Positions 1 through 6,625 of a stretch of 37,187 nucleotides of DNA are shown one piece after another. Where the stretch lies: contig JBCCQY010000086.1 of the NCBI GenBank assembly GCA_039208735.1, positions 1 through 37,187 on the forward strand. Direction: 5' to 3'. The stretch comes from Myxococcota bacterium. GTDB lineage: Bacteria > Myxococcota_A > UBA796 > GCA-2862545. Made by a program: the position numbers and the translations under genes. The notes under the pieces are model-generated. The model was not told where the DNA came from. It saw nothing but the letters and a program-made list of their open reading frames with translations, and ran no database searches. Numbering within the stretch: the first letter of the stretch is position 1; every line of letters begins with the position of its first letter.

Positions 1-653
1 ACCGGTCCATCGTCATCGAAGACGGTGAATCCCTCCTCGATCTGGATGGCTCGAACCGCCATGAAGTTGGCATAGTCCTCCCCAATCAGTGGTGTCGAAA
101 CCGAGGCCCCCGCAACCTCATCGATGGTTGCAATTTGTTCATCGGTAAAGAAGGACTTCAAGCCGTCCGCAGGGGGGCCTCCCCATTCGAACGACCAAGG
201 CACATCGGGGGGAAACGTACCTCGGATGGGGTCTCCATCCGGGAACTGGGACCGATTAAACAAGACCCCAGGGCAGTTTTCCACGACGGGCCGGTTGGGC
301 GGAACGTCCAACCGAAAGGGGTGAGGGTTGGGCTCTTGCGTCGTGATTTGCAGACCCGTAAGCGACAACTCCATCCAGCAACTTCCAGTAAAGGTATCGG
401 TCTCTTTGTCCGTGGGAAACCAACCGACCGTCAAGGCCGCGCGGACCTCGTAGGAATCGGACAGGTTGAAATCCGTAATCGTCACGCCATCGGCGTCCAC
501 CGCGAAGACCAGCCGTAAGCGCAGCCACCCCAGGGCGAGGCTCCCTCCTCCGAACTCGGTACCTTCTGCAGTGTCGCTTTCGGACGTCGTAGCCTGCTCA
601 TCATCGGTGGACGGAATGTCCGTAGTACACCCACCCAACAACAGCCAAATCAT
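1..653 (-). CDS. Putative lipoprotein, hypothetical (3' end runs off the window)
   Basis: Not in the ORF track. Hand translation from ATG 653 gives MIWLLLGGCTTDIPSTDDEQ... and stays open to the window edge. GGAGG lies just upstream and there is a lipobox-like LGGC. Confidence 0.7.
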   Translation of the reverse strand, partial: MIWLLLGGCTTDIPSTDDEQATTSESDTAEGTEFGGGSLALGWLRLRLVFAVDADGVTITDFNLSDSYEVRAALTVGWFPTDKETDTFTGSCWMELSLTGLQITTQEPNPHPFRLDVPPNRPVVENCPGVLFNRSQFPDGDPIRGTFPPDVPWSFEWGGPPADGLKSFFTDEQIATIDEVAGASVSTPLIGEDYANFMAVRAIQIEEGFTVFDDDGP

Positions 654-736
654 GGAACCTCCGGTGCAGAAAATGTAGAACTCCGGAGCAGAGCAGGGGG
701 TTGACAAGTCCTGACGATGCATCACTGAAGTGCGTG

Positions 737-3295
737 ATGGCATTCCCACCGGCCTCCGATCGTTTCCTGCTTGGCGCCGTTCGGGTCGACCTCGATCAGC
801 GTTCTGTCCAACCTCCCGACCGCGAAGGGCCCATTCGACTCACGGGGCTCGAGGCGCGTCTGCTGAGTCATTTGGTTCGAGTGGCCCCCGCCGCCGCCAC
901 CCACCAGGAGCTCCTCGAGAAGGTCTGGCAGGTCCAGTCGTCCACGCAGACGCAGGCAGTGCCCCAGGCCATCCGACGGCTCCGTACGAAACTCGAGCCA
1001 AATCCCTCGGAGCCTAAGCTCATCCTCTCGGAAGCTGGGGTTGGCTATCGGCTTTCGGTCACGCCTCGAGCCATCGATCGTTCGACCCTTCCCATCGAGC
1101 GAGACGTCTTCTTTGGACGGTTGACCGAACTCGACGACATCGAGCGTTGGTGGCGCGAAGGCCATCGACTAATCACGGTGACCGGATTTGGTGGCATCGG
1201 CAAGACGCGACTCGCCATGGGTGCGGCGCGCGGTTGGCCAGGTCTGGACGCTTGGTTCGTCGACCTGTCACCCGCCCGCACGCAAGATGACGTGGTTCGC
1301 AGAACCGCCAGCGCATTGGGGATCCGGATCCATGGACCCGACTCCCAAAAGACCATCGGAGTCGCGCTTCGGGACGGCCTCATCGTCCTGGACAATGCGG
1401 AGCACGTGCTCGACGCCGTGCAGTCGGTCGTCGATCAGTGGCTCGAACTTAGCCGTGCCCACTTCATGGTGACCTCCCGGCACCGGCTTGCGCTTCCCGG
1501 GGAAAAGGTGCTCCGACTTGGCCCTTTGGAATCTCAAGAGGCTCGTCAGCTCTGGCTTGCGCGAGTGCCTCGAGGCCCCTCAACGCAAGGCGATTCCGAC
1601 GACGACCTCGTGTTGGCCATCACCGAGCGTCTAGAGGGCATTCCCCTTGCGATCGAGCTGGCGGCTGCGCGCCGGGCAAGCCTGTCCACAAAAGAGATCC
1701 TGACGAGTCTCAGCCAGTCCGAGCGCCCGCGCGCGGGCCGCCACCATCGTCGCCAAGGTACCCTGGCGCGTTGCATCGGCTGGTCCTGGGACCTGCTTTC
1801 GCCAGCGGAACGTACCGTTCTTGCACAGTGTGGAGCGTTCCGTGGAGGGTTCACGGTGCAGGCTGCGGAAGCCGTTGTCCAGCGTCCGAGCGACGGTCCA
1901 CCCCTTCGCTTCATTCTTGCTTCGTTGGTCGATCAGTCGCTCCTTCGGGCCGACACGAGGGGTGAAGTGACGCGCTATCGACTGTACGCCGTGTTGGCGG
2001 AATTCGTCCGGCATGCGCAGGGGGTGGGTGACGCAGAACTTCGACACGCGGAATACTACGCTTCGCGCTGCCATAGTGCAGATCCGCACGCCAATTCCAC
2101 TCATTTCGCGCGATTGATCGACGAAGTGGACGACCTAAGCGCGGCTCTCGATGTCGCGATACGGCGTGAGAAGGCCCAAATCGCGTTTGAGTTGACCGCG
2201 GGGCTTGTGCGAACGGTCGCGTTTCAGCAACCTCGAGTCGTGTTGGATTCGATTCGTCGCGTCTTGCCGCTGGCCGACAGCAACGTGGCCCATCGAGCCG
2301 AGCTGATGCTGTTCGATGCCGGCATCCAAAGCCTGCAGCACCGTCTAGAGGTCGCAGAGCATCGACTCCACGACGTCCTTTCGCTCCCGGTGGAGGCGGG
2401 GATCCGCGGCCGGGCGCTGATCGAAATTGGAAATGTGGATTATCGCCGTGGACGTTACGCCGCCGCCCGTGGGTGGTACGAAGAAGCGATCGCGATGCTG
2501 CGGCACGGAGCGCCTGGCTACCTGGGCGCCGCCGTAGACAATGTCGCAAGAATGGACGCACTGTTGGGCGATTTTGACCGTGCAATGGCGGGCCACTCCC
2601 GCGCGCGAGAGCTTCATCGCCAACACGGTCGAATTGCAGGGGAAACAAGGAGTATTGGGAATCTTGGTGCCTTGCACTATCGGCTCGGCAATCTGGAGCA
2701 AGCGGCCCAGCTGTTGCACCGTAGTGCCGAACTCGGCCAACAGCTGTCAATGGCCGACAACGAGACCCTTCAACGCACCCGGCTTGCTCATTTGTGCTTG
2801 CACAACAAGAAGCGGGAAGCGGCCGACAAGCACGCAGCAAGAGCCGTTTCGTTGGCAGTCCGACTGGGGTCACCACGTTCGCTTGCCTACGCATGGCACG
2901 CACGAGCCAAGGTCGACCATGCGGAGTGCCGCAGTGCAGATGTCGATCGTGGCCTCTCGACCGCCCACCAGGCCGCGACCACGAGCGGGAACCCCTTACT
3001 GGTGGCGCTCGTGAATCTGGCTTGGGCCGAGGTCTACCTCGAGCGAACGCAACTGGATTCTGCGTCACGGCATGCCACCCTTGCTTTGGAAGGGTTGAAT
3101 GCGACCCCGGACCCGCTCGATCGGATGACCGCATGGGCATTGGCAGGTCGAATTGACCTTGCTCGGGGCCACTTCACCCGTGCCCAACAGGCGCTGGCTA
3201 ATGCAACGGCCGAACATCGAAAAAGTGGGCACGCTCAAAAACCAGAGGCGATCTTGCAGATCACCGAGCTTCGAAAGGCTCTGGCGTCACGATGA
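737..3295 (+). CDS. wHTH (OmpR-type) - STAND/NB-ARC-like ATPase - TPR transcriptional regulator
   Basis: N-terminal wHTH (LLEKVW...IRRLRTKLEPNPSEP..GVGYRL), Walker A GFGGIGKT, Walker B IVLDNAEH, GIPLAIELAA motif, TPR-like C-terminus. Start placed at ATG 737; the track uses TTG 701. Confidence 0.85.
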   Translation: MAFPPASDRFLLGAVRVDLDQRSVQPPDREGPIRLTGLEARLLSHLVRVAPAAATHQELLEKVWQVQSSTQTQAVPQAIRRLRTKLEPNPSEPKLILSEAGVGYRLSVTPRAIDRSTLPIERDVFFGRLTELDDIERWWREGHRLITVTGFGGIGKTRLAMGAARGWPGLDAWFVDLSPARTQDDVVRRTASALGIRIHGPDSQKTIGVALRDGLIVLDNAEHVLDAVQSVVDQWLELSRAHFMVTSRHRLALPGEKVLRLGPLESQEARQLWLARVPRGPSTQGDSDDDLVLAITERLEGIPLAIELAAARRASLSTKEILTSLSQSERPRAGRHHRRQGTLARCIGWSWDLLSPAERTVLAQCGAFRGGFTVQAAEAVVQRPSDGPPLRFILASLVDQSLLRADTRGEVTRYRLYAVLAEFVRHAQGVGDAELRHAEYYASRCHSADPHANSTHFARLIDEVDDLSAALDVAIRREKAQIAFELTAGLVRTVAFQQPRVVLDSIRRVLPLADSNVAHRAELMLFDAGIQSLQHRLEVAEHRLHDVLSLPVEAGIRGRALIEIGNVDYRRGRYAAARGWYEEAIAMLRHGAPGYLGAAVDNVARMDALLGDFDRAMAGHSRARELHRQHGRIAGETRSIGNLGALHYRLGNLEQAAQLLHRSAELGQQLSMADNETLQRTRLAHLCLHNKKREAADKHAARAVSLAVRLGSPRSLAYAWHARAKVDHAECRSADVDRGLSTAHQAATTSGNPLLVALVNLAWAEVYLERTQLDSASRHATLALEGLNATPDPLDRMTAWALAGRIDLARGHFTRAQQALANATAEHRKSGHAQKPEAILQITELRKALASR

Positions 3296-3465
3296 ACGCA
3301 AACTCCCTACATCGGTCCCTGTCCCATCGCAATGAACCTCATCTTCGACGATGAGTGTGTGGCGAACCGTTACGACCAATGACGCACGCCCTCCGTCGAT
3401 GGATTGGAAAGGGGGGACCATGCGAATCGCCGGGTTTCGAGGGGCTGTCGCGAGCCCACCGTGGC

Positions 3466-5961
3466 TCATCTTGTGCGGGCACTCTCCGTCAAGAGGCGAC
3501 ACAGCAGCCGAATCATGACCGATCGCTTGGCAACCACCGCAATGGCCGCCACCCCCTTGTGAATGGCCCTTGGATCGCCCATCACACCGTCAACCAGTGG
3601 TGCCAGCGCGGTGCTTGTCGCATTGCGATCGATCAGATCGCGCAGATGAACCACCAGTCGCTCCGCTTCCAGTCGTCTTCCCAACCGTCGCAAGACGATG
3701 GCGCGCAAAAGCAAAGGCCCAAGGCTTGGACGCCCCCTATCCGTCTCGCGAACCTGAAGTTCTCCAAGTTCGCGTTCTGCTTCCTCCAGATCACCTTGGA
3801 GGACGTAGATCATGCCACGAAGATTGCGAACATCGCTGTCGAACGACACCAACGAGAGTCGTTCGACGAGTTGCGTGCCTTCGTCCACCAATCGGCTGGC
3901 TTCGTCCAGCTTGCCCACTTCGAGCAATCCCGTCGCGAGGCGGACGCACGCCAGGAGCAAGAGTCGGGCCCGACCCGCGTCGCGATGCGCCTCCACCATG
4001 CGCCGCAAACGAGGCAAGGACTCCTCATGGCGACCGAGGGCACCGGTAAAGACGGCCAAGGTCTCGTCGACCCTGAACACCGACTCGTGAGCCTTCAACC
4101 TGGCAAACACTTGGCGGGCTCGGCGTGCTCGCAACAAGGCCCGGTCCGTTTCGTCACGGACCCAATCGAGATGAGCGAGCATGGTCTCGGTGTAGGCTTC
4201 CCAGCCCTCCAGTCCGGCGTCACGGCAATACTCAAGAGCCTCGATCAATGCGGCCTCACAGGACTCGTCGCGGGCGTGTAGCAAGACCGTGCCGCGGTAT
4301 GCGAGGGCGAGGCCCTGAGCGGCAGAATCCTGGGTCCGCGTTGCGCTTTGGACGCCATCCTCGAGCGCCGTTTGCCATCCGCCGAGGCCCCGAAAGGTCA
4401 GAAAGATAGCGAGCACACATCCCAGCCGACTGCGCGTAGCGTCGGACATGCCCTCACGCAGTGCCCAAGCACGTTCGAGGGTTTTCCGCAATTGATCGGC
4501 GGGCCCGGACTGGCCCACCGCACGTTCGAGCGCGAGTGCAAGCCACCCCACGGCTTCGGCATCGTTGTGGTGGTGTGCGTGGTCGAACGCGACCTCGAGG
4601 TCGTCGACGTGAGCGGAAAGTTCCTTTCGCAGTGGTCCCGTTTCGGGCCCGTGGAGGTTGGCCAGGCACTGGCGTGCGAGGGACGAGGCAAACGCGGTAT
4701 GGCGGGCTCGGGCATCCCCAGCTTCGTCCTGGCCATTGACAAAGATGCGTACCGGATCGAGCATTCGGAACCACGCTCCGTCCCGACGGAGCCAGGAGGC
4801 CTCTACCAGATCTTCGAGAAGATCCAATTCGTCGCGGCCAGCCACATGGAGCACCGCTGAGGCAGCTTTCAACGAGAAGGTAGAAGGAAACACCGCAAGC
4901 TGCTGGGCGGCCTGCCGTTGGGCTTCGTCGAGTAGGGCCCAGGACCACTGAAGGGCCCCGAGCAGCGTGCGATGGCGTTCGTCTTCGACCCGACCCCGAC
5001 GGGTGAGCCAGTCAAGCCGGTCTTGGAGGCGCCGGAGGAGTTCCTCGGCGGGAACCGTTCGGCAGCGCCCCACGGCGAGTTCAAGCGCCAAGGGCATGCC
5101 ATCGAGGCGGTCGACCAACTCGTGTGCGAGGTCGTCTGCGAGTTCAATCTCGAACTGAGCCGCTCGTCGTTGGACCAACGTGAGACTTGCCGTTGGATCG
5201 AGTGGAGGCACGTCGATCACCGTCTCCTCCTTCATCCCGAGGCGCCGTTGGCTCGTCACCACGAACCTTAGACCCCGGTTGGCCGACATCACGGCAGAGA
5301 CGAGGTCCAAGACGGCGTGCGCGACATGTTCAGCGGTATCGAGCACGATGGTGCCACGCGCCTCCCTCAACGCATCCACGAGCGCGTCGCTCGTCGTCTC
5401 CGGCAACGGCAGCTCGCGTTTGCGAGCCAATGCGGCAATCACCCCTGCCTCATCCGTCAGCCCTTGCAGAGCAACGAACGATACCGGCTGCGGAAGCGCA
5501 TCCAATAGGGACTGGACGAGGGTGGTCTTACCGATCCCTCCAGGGCCGAATACCGTCACACACCGATCGCCATGGGCGATCGCCGCAAGTACCGCGGCAC
5601 GTTGCGCCGAACGACCCAGGATGGTTTGTCCTACATCCGAGGCCTCGAAGACCGAACTTCCAGGCTCAAAGCGGTAGCCATGCCCGTGCCGCGTCAACAG
5701 GTGCTGAGGGCGTGAGGGGCGGTCCTCAAGTTTCGCGCGAAGTCGACGCATCGCGGTGTCGACGCATCGCGAAAGACTCGTCACGGGCAGTCCCCAAACC
5801 TCTACCAACAGTTCATCACGGGACACATCTCGGCTTGGCCGGGCGGCGAGATAGGCGAGAAGCCGTACTTCGGTTTCCGTGAGAACGGTAGACCCCTGCC
5901 GACCCAGGAACTCCCCGGTCTCTAGATCGATGCGTCCCGATCGGAGTTCGATGGTCGACAT
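3466..5961 (-). CDS. wHTH - STAND ATPase - TPR transcriptional regulator
   Basis: ELLVEVWG...MRRLRAKLE...GHGYRF, GPGGIGKT, IVLDTAEH, GMPLALELA, TPR-like tail. ATG 5961 is preceded by GGGAGG. Confidence 0.85.
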   Translation of the reverse strand: MSTIELRSGRIDLETGEFLGRQGSTVLTETEVRLLAYLAARPSRDVSRDELLVEVWGLPVTSLSRCVDTAMRRLRAKLEDRPSRPQHLLTRHGHGYRFEPGSSVFEASDVGQTILGRSAQRAAVLAAIAHGDRCVTVFGPGGIGKTTLVQSLLDALPQPVSFVALQGLTDEAGVIAALARKRELPLPETTSDALVDALREARGTIVLDTAEHVAHAVLDLVSAVMSANRGLRFVVTSQRRLGMKEETVIDVPPLDPTASLTLVQRRAAQFEIELADDLAHELVDRLDGMPLALELAVGRCRTVPAEELLRRLQDRLDWLTRRGRVEDERHRTLLGALQWSWALLDEAQRQAAQQLAVFPSTFSLKAASAVLHVAGRDELDLLEDLVEASWLRRDGAWFRMLDPVRIFVNGQDEAGDARARHTAFASSLARQCLANLHGPETGPLRKELSAHVDDLEVAFDHAHHHNDAEAVGWLALALERAVGQSGPADQLRKTLERAWALREGMSDATRSRLGCVLAIFLTFRGLGGWQTALEDGVQSATRTQDSAAQGLALAYRGTVLLHARDESCEAALIEALEYCRDAGLEGWEAYTETMLAHLDWVRDETDRALLRARRARQVFARLKAHESVFRVDETLAVFTGALGRHEESLPRLRRMVEAHRDAGRARLLLLACVRLATGLLEVGKLDEASRLVDEGTQLVERLSLVSFDSDVRNLRGMIYVLQGDLEEAERELGELQVRETDRGRPSLGPLLLRAIVLRRLGRRLEAERLVVHLRDLIDRNATSTALAPLVDGVMGDPRAIHKGVAAIAVVAKRSVMIRLLCRLLTESARTR

Positions 5962-5978
5962 GTTCCTCCCTGGGCTCT

Positions 5979-6437
5979 TTAGGGAAGGTGAGTGGAGATG
6001 CAACTCTGATCGCAGTCGAGCGCACCGTCACACGCAATGAAGGCCTCGATCTGCGCTCCGGATGCCGTTTCGCAACCGGCGAAGCAATCCTGACGGCCTA
6101 CCTCGTCGAAACACTCAAAGAACGCGTAGGCATCGCAATCGTCTTTGCATCGCTGTCGCTGTTCAGCCGTGGCTTGCGCGCCTTGCGAGGGTGGCTGCTC
6201 GCTCGCACAAACGCCCACGCCATCGTCTTCGTTGTCGACGCAGCGCTGATTCGAAGCACAGTTGACGTCACTCGTACAGCCCGGCAGGCATTCGCCAAAG
6301 GTGGCGTCGGCGCAGTAGGTCCCGGGTTGGCATTCGTCGAAGTCTCCGCATTCCGTAAATCCGTCCGCATCACTGCTACGGTCGACAAATAGGCAAGCAG
6401 GAACGCAAAGCATCAGTAGACGGGCGAATGGAAACAT
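5979..6437 (-). CDS. Cys-rich secreted protein / lipoprotein
   Basis: Signal MFPFARLLMLCVPAC followed by two Cys-rich modules (CQPGTYC...CLPGCTSDVNC...C and CKDDC...C...CFAGC). Ends 17 nt before the STAND gene, so probably co-transcribed. Confidence 0.75.
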   Translation of the reverse strand: MFPFARLLMLCVPACLFVDRSSDADGFTECGDFDECQPGTYCADATFGECLPGCTSDVNCASNQRCVDNEDDGVGVCASEQPPSQGAQATAEQRQRCKDDCDAYAFFECFDEVGRQDCFAGCETASGAQIEAFIACDGALDCDQSCISTHLP

Positions 6438-6494
6438 ATGTCCTCCAGGGTGCCAGTGGGTTCTGGCCCCCGATGGACGCTGCTCATTTCAGGC

Positions 6495-6565
6495 TCCTTC
6501 GCGGAATGATGTGACAGTTGTGACGGACCGCGGCGGTCACAACTGTCACATCATTCCGCGAAGGA
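6495..6565. repeat. Perfect 30-bp inverted repeat with 11-nt spacer in a divergent intergenic region
   Basis: TCCTTCGCGGAATGATGTGACAGTTGTGAC (6495-6524) is the exact reverse complement of 6536-6565. Each arm contains tandem TGTGAC-N3-TGTGAC. Confidence 0.95.
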
Positions 6566-6625
6566 TAAGGAAGCTGCTGCGTCATGGTGACTGTGACGGC
6601 GAAGGGGCCGTCGCGAAAGGAGATC

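Noticed and set aside
701..736. TTGACA at 701 as a sigma70 -35, or TTG 701 as the STAND start
   Set aside because: No TAnnnT hexamer at 16-18 nt spacing; domain-like sequence starts after ATG 737.
1911..3140. 409-aa minus-strand ORF and similar long shadow ORFs (3355-4281, 13943-15472, 26612-27544, 33049-33945)
   Set aside because: They lie antisense to well-supported genes, have no recognisable motifs, and are expected in high-GC DNA.
737..5961. STAND genes as Avs-type anti-phage systems
   Set aside because: The effector is an OmpR-type DNA-binding domain, not a nuclease, TIR, SIR2 or protease; the architecture fits AfsR-like regulators.
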